In this document: piece by piece, positions 32,119 to 41,773 of the stretch | How the letters are laid out: the number at the start of each line of letters is the position of its first letter | Numbering within the stretch: position 1 is the stretch's first letter | NCBI GenBank assembly: GCA_963747235.1 | Contig: CAVVEU010000024.1 | Span: forward strand, 640,001 to 704,000 | Length of the DNA: 64,000 nt | DNA from: an uncultured Candidatus Rokubacteria bacterium | GTDB taxonomy: Bacteria > Methylomirabilota > Methylomirabilia > Rokubacteriales > CSP1-6 | Reading direction: 5' to 3' | Translations under genes and position numbers: made by a program | Notes under the pieces: model-generated | Databases searched by the model: none | Seen by the model: only the letters and a program-made list of their open reading frames with translations | What the model was told of the DNA's origin: nothing

Positions 32119-32451
32119 ATCGCGTTCCGGCGCGCGGCCGTTCCCGCGCTGTTCCTGCTCCTCCTCGCGGGCTTCGCGGCCGGCATCTGGGGGACTTACC
32201 GGGCCGCCTTTCCGGGTCCCGGGCTCTATCGGGTCACCGGGATCTTCGAGGCGCGGGGCGGGCCGACGCTGCTGCTGGTCCGCCACGACAAGGTTCCGGG
32301 ATTCATGGATGAGATGGAGTCGATGGCGATCTTCGCGGAGTCCGCCGGGCTGCTGGACGGGGCCGACCTGCACCGCGGCGACCGGGTCCGCGTGACCGTC
32401 CGCCAGGAGCCGGGCCGACTGATCGCGGTCGAGATCCAGAAAATTCGGTAA
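32119..32451 (+). CDS. CusF-like periplasmic Cu(I)/Ag(I)-binding protein (absent from the ORF track)
   Basis: Manual translation: IAFRRAAVPALFLLLLAGFAAG...LLVRHDKVPGFMDEMESMAIF...LHRGDRVRVTV...VEIQKIR*; signal peptide plus H...M-x-x-M motif; no canonical start codon. Confidence 0.7.
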   Translation: MAFRRAAVPALFLLLLAGFAAGIWGTYRAAFPGPGLYRVTGIFEARGGPTLLLVRHDKVPGFMDEMESMAIFAESAGLLDGADLHRGDRVRVTVRQEPGRLIAVEIQKIR

Positions 32452-32483
32452 ACCCAGCACCCTCAGCTAAGGTCAAGGACACC

Positions 32484-34577
32484 ATGGGGAAGAATCGGCG
32501 CCGCTCCCGGACCATGAGCCTCCGCGAGGCGGCCTCGGTCGTGTTCGCGCTCGTCGCGCTCCTGCCCATCCTGCTCTTCGTCTACCTGCTGTCGCGCCAC
32601 GAGATGCTCCACAACACCGAGGCGCAGCTCGGGCTGTTCGCGGCCGTCGTGGTGTCCATCCTCGGCTTCATGGTCTTCCGGAAGATGGTGGACCAGATCG
32701 CGCAGCTCGCCCAGGGCTTCCTGTCGCCGAGCGAGGTGAAGCCGGACGCGCTCCGCCGGCGGGAGCGCGGCTCGGCCGGGGCGGTGCCCGGCCTCGGCGA
32801 GGTCACCGAGATCGGCCAGGTGCGCGACGCCTTCTACCACATGCTCGACGACCTGCGGGGCTCCACCCAGCGGCTCGAGGACCTGGTCTTCAAGCTGGGC
32901 ACGCTCAACGAGATGGTCGAGCTGGCCGCCCGCATCCCGAAGATCCAGGACCTGCTGGGCCTGGTGCTGCAGTCCACCATGCGCGCGGTGCGCGCCACCG
33001 TCGGCTCCATCATGATCCTCGATCGCGACCGGACGGTGCTGAAGCTCGCGGCCTCCCGCGGCATCCCGGACGAGGTGGTGCCCGCGGTCGAGGTGAAGGT
33101 GGGCGAGGGCGTGGCGGGCAAGGTGGTGGAGATGGGCGAGCCGGTGCTGGTGGACGACATCGCCTCCGATCCGCGCTTCAACAAGACCAACGATCCCCAG
33201 TACGTCAACGGCTCGTTCATCTGCATGCCGATCCGGGTCGGCGACCGCGTGATCGGCGTGATCAACATGGCCAAGCGCCGCGACGGCGTGGTCTCCGACG
33301 CGCTGCGGCCGCCCCCCTTCAGCTCCACCGACCTCCAGTTCCTGAACGCGCTGATGACCTACATCGGCTACGCGGTGGACAACTCGCGCCTCCTCGAGGA
33401 AGCGCAGTCCTCCGCCTCGCAGCTCCAGAACGTGGTGGACGACCTCAAGTCCACCCAGGGCCAGCTCGTGCGCGGCGAGACGCTGCGCGCGATGGGCCAG
33501 CTCTCGTCCGGGATGGCGCATCATCTGAACAATCTCTTCGCGGTGATCCTGGGCCGGGTCGAGCTCATGATGGGCAAGGTCCAGGAGGCCGGGGTGCGGC
33601 GCTCCCTCGAGATCATCCAGCGCACCGCCCAGGACGGCGCGGAGGTGGTGCGGCGGGTGCAGCGGTTCAGCCGCGTGCAGCCGGTCTCCGACGTGGCGGT
33701 GGATCTCAACCAGCTCGTGCAGGAAGTGGTCGAGCTCACGCGTCCGCGCTGGCACGACGAGGCGCAGCTGCGCGGCAGCCGCATCGAGGTGGTGGTCGAA
33801 GCGGGGGTCATCGCGGCGGCCGCGGGCGAGCCGGCTCCCCTTCGCGAAGTCCTGATGAACCTGCTGCTCAACGCCGCCGACGCCATCACCCAGGGCGGCG
33901 GCCGCGTCACGCTCAAGACCTGGGCCAAGGACGATCGCGTCTACTGCTCGGTCACCGACACCGGCGCGGGCATGCCCGAGGAAGTGCGCCGCCGGGCGCT
34001 CGAGCCCTTCTTCACCACCAAGGGGCCCAAGGCCACCGGGCTGGGGCTCAGCGTGGCCTACGGCACCGTGCAGCGCTACGGCGGGACCCTGACGCTGGAG
34101 AGCACGGAAGGCCACGGCACCACCGTCGAGGTCAGCCTGCCGACCGCCTCCAAGGCCACCGCGGTCGCCAAGACGAGCAGCGCGCTCGAGCAGAAGGCGC
34201 CCGCGCTGCCGCTGCGCATCCTGGTGATCGACGACGAGCTGCAGGTGCGGAGCACGCTGGCCGAGATGCTGGAGGAGCAGGGGCACTCGGTGACCCAGGC
34301 GCCCGGCGGGCGCGAGGGCCTGTCCTTCCTCGAGTCGAACCGCGAGCACGTGGACGTGGTGATCAGCGACCTGGGCATGCCCGACATGACGGGGTGGGAC
34401 GTGGCCGCGGCCGTCCAGGAGCGCTGGCCGGGCCTGCCGGTGGGCCTCATCACCGGGTGGGGCGAGACCGAGATCACGCGGGAAGAGCGGAGTCGTGTGA
34501 ACTTCGTGATCAACAAGCCCTTCGACAAGGCGGTGCTGGGCGCGACGATGTCGGATATTCGGCCGCGCAGCGCCTGA
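32484..34577 (+). CDS. Hybrid sensor histidine kinase (TM-HAMP-like-GAF-HisKA-HATPase-REC)
   Basis: GEGVAGKV GAF, MAHHLNN H-box, NLLLNAADA, DTGAGM, FFTTK, GLGLS, C-terminal DLGMPDMTG. Confidence 0.93.
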   Translation: MGKNRRRSRTMSLREAASVVFALVALLPILLFVYLLSRHEMLHNTEAQLGLFAAVVVSILGFMVFRKMVDQIAQLAQGFLSPSEVKPDALRRRERGSAGAVPGLGEVTEIGQVRDAFYHMLDDLRGSTQRLEDLVFKLGTLNEMVELAARIPKIQDLLGLVLQSTMRAVRATVGSIMILDRDRTVLKLAASRGIPDEVVPAVEVKVGEGVAGKVVEMGEPVLVDDIASDPRFNKTNDPQYVNGSFICMPIRVGDRVIGVINMAKRRDGVVSDALRPPPFSSTDLQFLNALMTYIGYAVDNSRLLEEAQSSASQLQNVVDDLKSTQGQLVRGETLRAMGQLSSGMAHHLNNLFAVILGRVELMMGKVQEAGVRRSLEIIQRTAQDGAEVVRRVQRFSRVQPVSDVAVDLNQLVQEVVELTRPRWHDEAQLRGSRIEVVVEAGVIAAAAGEPAPLREVLMNLLLNAADAITQGGGRVTLKTWAKDDRVYCSVTDTGAGMPEEVRRRALEPFFTTKGPKATGLGLSVAYGTVQRYGGTLTLESTEGHGTTVEVSLPTASKATAVAKTSSALEQKAPALPLRILVIDDELQVRSTLAEMLEEQGHSVTQAPGGREGLSFLESNREHVDVVISDLGMPDMTGWDVAAAVQERWPGLPVGLITGWGETEITREERSRVNFVINKPFDKAVLGATMSDIRPRSA

Positions 34578-34589
34578 CCGGCCGCGCCG

Positions 34590-34967
34590 CTACCGTTTCG
34601 GCAGCGTTCTCAGGTAGCGGATCAGGTCGCGGATCTGGTCGTCCTTCATGTGGTAGCCGAAGGACGGCATGCCCGGCTTGCCGAGTGTCGCTCCCCCGTT
34701 CTTGATCAGCGTGACGAGGTAGTCGTCCGGGAGCCGGTCCACGAGCCGCGGATCGGATAGGTCACCGGGGCGCATCAGGAAGACCGTCGCCCGCCAGGAG
34801 CCCCGCCCGTCCGCGCCGTGGCACGTGGCGCAATGGGTCAGGTAGAGGCGATGGCCGCCGCTGGCCGTCTTGGGCACCGGGTGGGGGACGAAGAGCATCA
34901 CGAGGATGCTCCCGATGGCCGTGAGCAGGACCGGACCGAACACCACGAACATCCATTTGGCCCTCAC
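34590..34967 (-). CDS. Membrane-anchored monoheme cytochrome c
   Basis: TM segment, CATCHG, GMPSF axial Met. Confidence 0.88.
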   Translation of the reverse strand: MRAKWMFVVFGPVLLTAIGSILVMLFVPHPVPKTASGGHRLYLTHCATCHGADGRGSWRATVFLMRPGDLSDPRLVDRLPDDYLVTLIKNGGATLGKPGMPSFGYHMKDDQIRDLIRYLRTLPKR

Positions 34968-35022
34968 GGGCCCCGAGCATACCACGCGCGGCGGACGCGT
35001 CCTGAGCCGTAGCGCCGGCGTC

Positions 35023-35124
35023 CCACGCGGTACGTCACCGATGAGATCGTGAGACCGTAGTCGCCGGGCGTCAGGTAGACCACGCGGTACGTCACCGATC
35101 TAGATCGTGAGATAGTAGTCGCCG
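35023..35124. repeat. Imperfect direct repeat, two copies of about 44 bp, 57-bp period
   Basis: CCACGCGGTACGTCACCGAT..AGATCGTGAGA..GTAGTCGCCG at 35023-35066 and 35080-35124. Confidence 0.85.
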
Positions 35125-36638
35125 TGCTCCTGATCCTCATGCGTCACGGCGAGGCCGGCGAGGTGGATTCCCGCCGCTGGCCCGACGACCGGCAGCGCCC
35201 GCTCACCGACGCGGGGCGGCGCGAGCACGCGCGGGTGGCCGAAGCGCTCCGGCGCATCGGCGTGCGCTTCGATCGGCTGCTCTCGAGCCCGCTGGTGCGC
35301 GCGCGTGAGACCGCGGAGATCACCGCGCGGGCGTACGGCGCGCCCGACCCCGAGCTGACCGAGCTGCTGGGGGACAATGCCGAGCCGGGCTCCACGCTCG
35401 CGGGGTTGGCCGCAGTCGAGGCCACCGCGCTGCTCTGCGTGGGCCACGAGCCGACCCTCTCCCGCCTGGCCGGGCTCCTGACCAGCCGGGACGGCTCGGC
35501 GCGCGTCGAGATGGCCAAGAGCGGGGTCGCGGTCATCGAGTGCGCGGGCCCGGTGGCACCGGGGCGCGGCGCGCTGCGCCTGCACCTGCGCCCCCCCGAG
35601 CTCATCGCGCTGCTCGACGACGGTCCGCCCGCGCCGGCGGCGGCGTCGCCCGATCCGTTCCTCGGGGCCATGACCGCCTACCAGCGGAGCGCCGCGCTCA
35701 AGGGCGCGCTCGACCTGGACCTCTTCACCGCGATCGGAGCGGGCGCGGGCACGGTGCCGGCGCTGGCGGCCCGCTGCGCGGCCTCGTCCCGCGGCACGCG
35801 CATCCTCTGCGACTATCTCACCGCCGCCGGCTTTCTCCGGAAGGACGGCGACACCTACGCGTTGACCGGTGACTCCGCCGTCTTCCTCGATCGGCAATCC
35901 CCGGCCTGCATCGCGGCCGCGGCCGAGTTCCTCTACGCGCCCGAGCTCCGGGAGGCCTTCGCCGACGTGGCCCAGGCGGTGCGCCACGGCGGCACCGTGC
36001 TGGCCGGCGCGGGCACGGTGACGCCCGAGCATCCGGTCTGGGTGCGCTTCGCGCGGGCCATGGCGCCGCTCATGCGGATGCCGGCGCGCGCGGTGGTGGA
36101 CCTGGTGGAGGTGGACGCCGCGGCCCCGCTCCAGGTCCTCGACGTGGCCGCCGGGCACGGCCTGTTCGGCCTCGCGTTCGCGGTGGCCTACCCGCGCGCG
36201 GAGGTCACCGCGCTCGACTGGCCGGCGGTGCTGGAGGTGGCGCGCGAGAACGCGCGCGCCGCGGGGGTGGACGGGCGCTTCCACGCCCGGGCGGGCAGCG
36301 CCTTCGAGACGCCCCTCGGAGGCCCGTACGATCTCGTCCTGCTGCCGAACTTCCTCCACCACTTCGATCCGGCCACCTGCGAGGGATTCCTGGCCACGGT
36401 GGGCCGGGCCCTCGCGCCCGGCGGGCGGGTGGTGACGGTGGAGTTCGTGCCCGACGAGGGGCGGGTGACGCCGGCGCACGTCGCCATGTTCAGTCTCGTG
36501 ATGCTCTGCACGACCCCGGCCGGCGACGCCTACACCTTCGCCGAGCTCGAGGCCATGTTCCGCCGCGCCGGCTTCCCGCGCAACGTGCTGCGCGTGCCGG
36601 GTCCGGCCGGCCCCCAGGTGATCATCTCTCAGCGTTGA
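35124..36638 (+). CDS. Fusion of SixA phosphohistidine phosphatase and a class I O-methyltransferase (dimerisation plus Methyltransf_2)
   Basis: LMRHGEA...RPLT...SSPLVRARETA...VGHEP; linker PPAPAAAS; AYQRSAALKGALDLDLF...LDVAAGHG...LLPNFLHHF. Confidence 0.85.
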   Translation: MLLILMRHGEAGEVDSRRWPDDRQRPLTDAGRREHARVAEALRRIGVRFDRLLSSPLVRARETAEITARAYGAPDPELTELLGDNAEPGSTLAGLAAVEATALLCVGHEPTLSRLAGLLTSRDGSARVEMAKSGVAVIECAGPVAPGRGALRLHLRPPELIALLDDGPPAPAAASPDPFLGAMTAYQRSAALKGALDLDLFTAIGAGAGTVPALAARCAASSRGTRILCDYLTAAGFLRKDGDTYALTGDSAVFLDRQSPACIAAAAEFLYAPELREAFADVAQAVRHGGTVLAGAGTVTPEHPVWVRFARAMAPLMRMPARAVVDLVEVDAAAPLQVLDVAAGHGLFGLAFAVAYPRAEVTALDWPAVLEVARENARAAGVDGRFHARAGSAFETPLGGPYDLVLLPNFLHHFDPATCEGFLATVGRALAPGGRVVTVEFVPDEGRVTPAHVAMFSLVMLCTTPAGDAYTFAELEAMFRRAGFPRNVLRVPGPAGPQVIISQR

Positions 36639-36649
36639 GGAGGCTTTCG

Positions 36650-37705
36650 ATGACGCATCGGATCGCGGTCATTCCCGGCGACGGGATCGGCAAGGAAGTC
36701 CTGCCCGAGGGCATCCGGGTGCTGGAGGCGGCCGGCCGCCGCTTCGGCGTGGACTTCTCGTGGACGCACTTCGACTGGAGCTGCGAGATGTACACGCGGA
36801 CCGGGCGCATGATGCCCGAGGACGGGCTCGAGCAGCTCCGCCGCTTCGACGCCATCTACCTCGGCGCGGTGGGCTTTCCCGGCGTGCCGGACCACGTCTC
36901 GCTCTGGGGGCTCCTCATCCCGATCCGCCGCGAGTTCCACCAGTACGTGAACCTGCGGCCGGTGCGGCTGCTCCAGGGCGTGCGCTCGCCCCTCGCCGAC
37001 CGCGGCCCCGCGGACATCGACATGCTGATCGTGCGCGAGAACAACGAGGGGGAGTACTCGGAGATCGGCGGGCGGCTCTACCGCGACACGCCCCACGAGC
37101 TGGCCGTGCAGCAGTCGGTGTTCACGCGGCGCGGCTGCGACCGGGTGATGCGCTACGCCTTCGAGCTGGCGAAGAAGCGGCCGCGGCGCCACGTCACCTC
37201 GGCCACCAAGTCGAACGGCATCATCCACAGCATGCCGTACTGGGACGAGCGCTTCGCCGCCATGGCCAGGAACTACCCCGACGTCAAGACCAGCCAGTAC
37301 CACATCGACATCCTCACCGCCCACTTCGTCCAGCACCCGGACTGGTTCGACGTGGTGGTGGCCTCGAACCTCTTCGGCGACATCCTCTCCGACCTGGGGC
37401 CGGCCATCGCGGGCTCGATCGGGATCGCGCCGGGCGGCAACATCAACCCGGAGAAGGAGTACCCGTCCATGTTCGAGCCGGTCCACGGCTCGGCGCCGGA
37501 CATCGCGGGCAAGGGCATCGCCAACCCGATCGCCCAGATCTGGACCGGCGCGATGATGCTCGATCACCTCGGCCACGCGGACGCGGCGCAGGCCGTGGTC
37601 GGCGCGATCGAGCGCTTCGTGGAGGGAGGGAAGGGCCTCACCCGCGATCTCGGCGGCACCGCGACCACCGCCGACGTGGGGCGCGCGATCGCGGACCTGA
37701 TCTGA
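36650..37705 (+). CDS. Tartrate dehydrogenase/decarboxylase (D-malate dehydrogenase family)
   Basis: IPGDGIGKEV, VPDHVSLWGLL, RENNEGEYS, SATKSNG, MPYWDE, FEPVHGSAPDIAG. Confidence 0.92.
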   Translation: MTHRIAVIPGDGIGKEVLPEGIRVLEAAGRRFGVDFSWTHFDWSCEMYTRTGRMMPEDGLEQLRRFDAIYLGAVGFPGVPDHVSLWGLLIPIRREFHQYVNLRPVRLLQGVRSPLADRGPADIDMLIVRENNEGEYSEIGGRLYRDTPHELAVQQSVFTRRGCDRVMRYAFELAKKRPRRHVTSATKSNGIIHSMPYWDERFAAMARNYPDVKTSQYHIDILTAHFVQHPDWFDVVVASNLFGDILSDLGPAIAGSIGIAPGGNINPEKEYPSMFEPVHGSAPDIAGKGIANPIAQIWTGAMMLDHLGHADAAQAVVGAIERFVEGGKGLTRDLGGTATTADVGRAIADLI

Positions 37706-37734
37706 GCGGCCCCTCGCCGGCCCGAGGACAAGCC

Positions 37735-37949
37735 TTGACAAGGCCTCGGAGAGAATGATATTGCGCTGCTAGCCCCACGTGTTTGGGTGGGGGAGGCGGG
37801 CATCCCCCGGGCCCGCCAGGACCGGCTCCGTTCCGACCTAGGGCCAGCAGTAGTGAGCGGGCGCATCGCCCGCCTGGAGGTTGATTCGGCAGAATCGACG
37901 CCGTCGGCTGTTCTCCCACGTCGGCCCCACAACCAGGAGGTGGAGCGTC
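37735..37949 (+). promoter_or_regulatory. Promoter and structured leader of the first ABC operon
   Basis: TTGACA at 37735; hairpins GGCGGGC/GCCCGCC, GCGGGCG/CGCCCGC and GATTC-GGCA-GAATC; CAGGAGG RBS. Confidence 0.4.
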
Positions 37950-39282
37950 ATGACCCCTTCGACCAATGGCCACGCTCAGTTTCGGGTGACCCGTCGCCAG
38001 TTCGTCCGGACCGCCGGGGTCGGGCTGACCAGTGCCTCCCTGGCCAACCTGCTCGCGGCCCGTCAGGCTCCCGCCCAGATCCGGGGAACCAACCTGCGCA
38101 TCCTCACGTGGAGCCACTTCATCCCCGCCTACGACACCTGGTTCGACAAGTTCGCGGCTGAGTGGGGCGACAAGAACGGGGTGAAGGTGCGGGTGGACCA
38201 CATCCCCCACCTCGAGATCCCGGCGCGGATGGCCGCGGAGTTCGCCGCGGGGGCGGGTCACGACATCCTCTTCAACGGCTCGACGATCCTGACCCGGATC
38301 TACTACAAGACGCTGGCGGACCTCACCGACATCTACGACCAGATCGGCAAGAAGTACGGCGGATGGATCCCGGCCGCGCGGTCGCCCGTGGACGTCGAGG
38401 GCCGGATCTACGGGATCCCCATCTACTACATCCTCCTTCCCATGATCTGGCGGAAGGACCTGTTCGACCAGGCCGGGCTCAAGGCCGCCGGATACCTGGG
38501 AGCTCGCGCGGGTCGCCGCGAGGACGCTCAAGGCCAAGGGACACCCGACCGGCATCCAGTTCTCCCACTGCAACGACGCCAACCTCAACTGGCGGTCGTT
38601 GCTGTTCAGCTTCGGCGGGACCGAGACCGACCCGTCGGGCGAGCGCCCGACGATCGACACCAAGGAGATGCGCGAGGCGCTGCGCTTCTCGAAGGCCCTC
38701 TTCGACGAAGGAATGACCCCGGAAGTCTTCTCGTGGGACGACGCCTCCGACAATCGCTACCTGGCCTCCGGGATCGCGTGCTGGGTCCACGATGCGATCT
38801 CGGCGTACCGGACCACCGAAGGCACCAACCCGACCGTCTTCCAGAACGCGCAGATCGGCCTCGAGCCCGCCGGCCCGGGCGGCAAGCGGGTGAGCGTCTC
38901 GGCCCCGAATGCCTTCATGGTCTGGAAGTTCTCGAAGAACCAGGCGGCCGCCAAGGAGTTCCTCGTCCACCTCATGGACAACGACAAGGTGGGCATGACC
39001 GAGAGCACCGGCTACAACATGCCCTTCCTGAACGACACCGCCAAGAAGCCGATGCCGGTCATCGGCGCCGACCCGAAGCTCCAGGTTCTCCAGGACTTCC
39101 CGAAGATCGTGGCGTTCTTCGGCTATCCCGGCCCGTACACGACCCAGATCCAGGAGGTCGCCAACCTCTTCGTCCTGCCCGACATGTTCACCCGCGTGGC
39201 CCGCGGACAAGGCATCGACGAGACCATCAAGTGGGGTCTCGGAGAGTATCAGCGGATCTTCGCCAAGCACAAGCGCGCATGA
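37950..39282 (+). CDS. CUT1 ABC substrate-binding protein with Tat signal (apparent frameshift near 38490)
   Basis: TRRQFVR Tat motif; WSHFIP, HCNDAN, WDDASDNR. Confidence 0.88.
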
Positions 39283-40266
39283 CCTCTGGCTCACAGGCCG
39301 GCGACCCGGACACGAAGAGCGTCCGGGTCGCTGTTTCTCTGGCGGTCGTTTCGCGCTCGGGCGGATGGTTCCGCTCCCAGACCGCCCGTCGTCTGGGCTT
39401 CGGGTACGTCCTGCTCGCGCCGGCGGCCCTGTACGTGTCGCTCCTCGTGGCGGTGCCCTTCCTGTTCTCGCTGTACCTGGCGCTCAGCGACGCGAGCGTG
39501 GGCGAGCAGGTGGCCGGCTTCGTCGGCCTGGAGAACTTCAAGTCCGCTCTCGAGATGGACACGTTCTGGATCGCGCTCCGGAACAGCGTCGTCTTCTTCG
39601 TGGTGGCGGCCATCCTCAAGAGCATCCTCGGGACGAGCCTGGCGTTTCTCCTGCTCCAGGACTTCCGCGGCAAGAAGATCGTGCGCGCGCTCGTGGTGAT
39701 CCCGTTCACCCTGCCCGTCGCCATCAGCGTGCTCGGCTGGAAGTGGATGTACGACTCCCAGTTCAGCGTGTTCAACTGGGTGCTCAGCCGGCTGGGACTG
39801 ATCGGGGCGTACGGAACCGACGGGTGGCCGGTGTGGCTCGGCGATCCCCACCTCGCGCTGGTCGCGTGCATCTTCGTGAACGTGTGGCGCACCTTCCCGT
39901 TCTCCGCGATCGTCCTACTCGCCGGGTTCACCTCCGTGCCCAACGAGGTGCTCGACGCGGCCAAGGTGGATGGCTGCATCGTTCCTGCAGCGCTTTCACC
40001 ACATCGTGGTGCCGATGATCTTCCCGATTCTCATGGTGGGGTTTCTCTTCGACACGGTCTTCACCCTGTCCGATCTCTCGGTGGTGTACATCCTCACCCA
40101 GGGGGGGCCGGGCAACGCGACCCAGATCTTGCCGGTGCTCGCCTACCAGATCGGGATCCAGGCGGGGAACCTCGGTCGCGGCGCCGCCATCGCGCTGTTC
40201 CTCGTCCCGCTCCTGGCTCCCGCCATGTTCGTCTTCCTGAGGAACCTGAAGCGCCGTGAGTACTGA
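39279..40266 (+). CDS. CUT1 ABC permease, MalF/UgpA-like (apparent frameshift near 39980)
   Basis: FVGLENF, NVWRTFPF, LDAAKVDG (EAA motif), LTQGGP. Confidence 0.9.
39301..39340 (+). terminator. Hairpin plus U-rich tail inside the permease 5' coding region
   Basis: GCGACCCGGAC-N9-GTCCGGGTCGC followed by TGTTTCTCT. Confidence 0.55.
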
Positions 40267-41130
40267 GGGTCTCGCCGAAGCCGCGGACCGCCCGCCAGAA
40301 GCAGGTGCGACGGTACGTGCTCATCTACGCCGGGGTCGACGCCGTTCGTCGTCATCGCGGTGTTTCCCATCTACTGGATGCTCATCACCGCGTTCAAGCA
40401 GGACCCGGACCTCTACCGGATGGACAACATCCCGTTCTGGTTCAACCTCCCCCCGACTCTCAAGCACTTCAAGATCCTCTTCTACCAGACCAACTACGGC
40501 GCGTGGATCGTCAACACGATGACGATCTCGGTGTGGGTCGCCGTGATCACGCTGCTGACCGCGGTACCGGCAGGGTACGCGCTGGCGCGGCTCCGGCTCC
40601 CGGGCGCCGAGAACACCGGGATCGGGATCTTCATGAGCTACCTGGTCCCGCCCATCATCCTGTTCCTGCCGCTGTCCCGGGTGGTGGCCTCGCTCGGTCT
40701 CCAGGACTCCTGGTGGGCGCTGGTCGTGGTCTACCCGACCTTCACCATCCCGTTCTGCACCTGGCTCATGATGGGCTTCTTCAAGACGGTCCCGATGGAG
40801 ATGGAGGAGGCGGCGCGGGTGGACGGCTGTGGCTTCCTGGGCGCCTTCCTGCGCGTAGTGCTGCCGGTGAGCGTGCCGGGCGTGCTCACCGCGGTGATCT
40901 TCGCCTTCACGCTCTCGATGCAGGACTTCCTCTACGGCCTCGCGTTCGTGGCGCCGGGAGACCAGAAGCCGGTCCCGGTGGGGGTGCCCACGGAGCTGAT
41001 CCGGGGTGACGTGTACTACTGGGGGTCGCTGATGGGGGCCGCGCTGATGGTGGGGCTGCCGGTGGCGATCCTCTACAACTTCTTCCTGGATCGCTTCATC
41101 CAGGGGATCACCGGCGGCGTCGGCAAGTAG
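40256..41130 (+). CDS. CUT1 ABC permease, MalG/UgpE-like (apparent N-terminal frameshifts)
   Basis: FPIYWM, PFCTWLMMGFF, EEAARVDG, GDVYYWGSLM. Confidence 0.9.
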
Positions 41131-41190
41131 CGGGCCGCCGCGGCAGGCCGATCCGACCGGCCGCGGCGCGCCGAGAGTGACGGTGCGAGG

Positions 41191-41644
41191 CTACTCGGGC
41201 TCGGCCTTCTGGATCGGGTCGGGCTGACCGGGATAGCCGAGGTGGAGGATCAGATACTTCACCGGCTTGTCCGTCTTGTTGATGTGATTGTGCCACCACC
41301 CGCCGTGGTCCATGAAGGACTGACCGGCCGCGTGGTACTGGGCGCCCTTGATGCCGACAGGGCCAGCCTCGTAGTCCGTCGTGAGGATTCCCTCGAGCAC
41401 GTAGACGTAGGTCGGCACGCGGAACTGCTCACGGCCGGTTTGGCCGCCCGGCTCGAGCTCCACGGTGGCGCCGGTCACGAGGATCGGCGCGCTGACGGTG
41501 TCCTTGAAGCCCCCCAGGGAGGTGACCAGCCCCTTGGTCTTGACGCCCTTCGGAGCCTTGTCGCTCTGGGCAGACGCGAGACCGGTTGCGACCTCCTACC
41601 AGGAGGACGGCCACCATGGCCAGGACGGAGGGTCGTGAGATCAT
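41191..41644 (-). CDS. Exported cupin-domain protein (apparent frameshift near 41590)
   Basis: Signal peptide; VELEPGGQTG...YVYVLEG...AGQSF...WHNHIN; GGAGG RBS. Confidence 0.75.
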
Positions 41645-41773
41645 CGATGCACCTCCCGCACGGTGAAGTTGGACGTGGCGTTTGAACCGGGAGTGCGCTG
41701 CAGGGTCGTCGCGCCGCGGCCGCCACTCGGCCCGCAGCGTGGACGGGCGGACACTAGCACCGGGAGCTTGCGC

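Noticed and set aside
35023-35124. Mini CRISPR array
   Set aside because: Only two diverged copies with a 13-bp gap, and no cas genes
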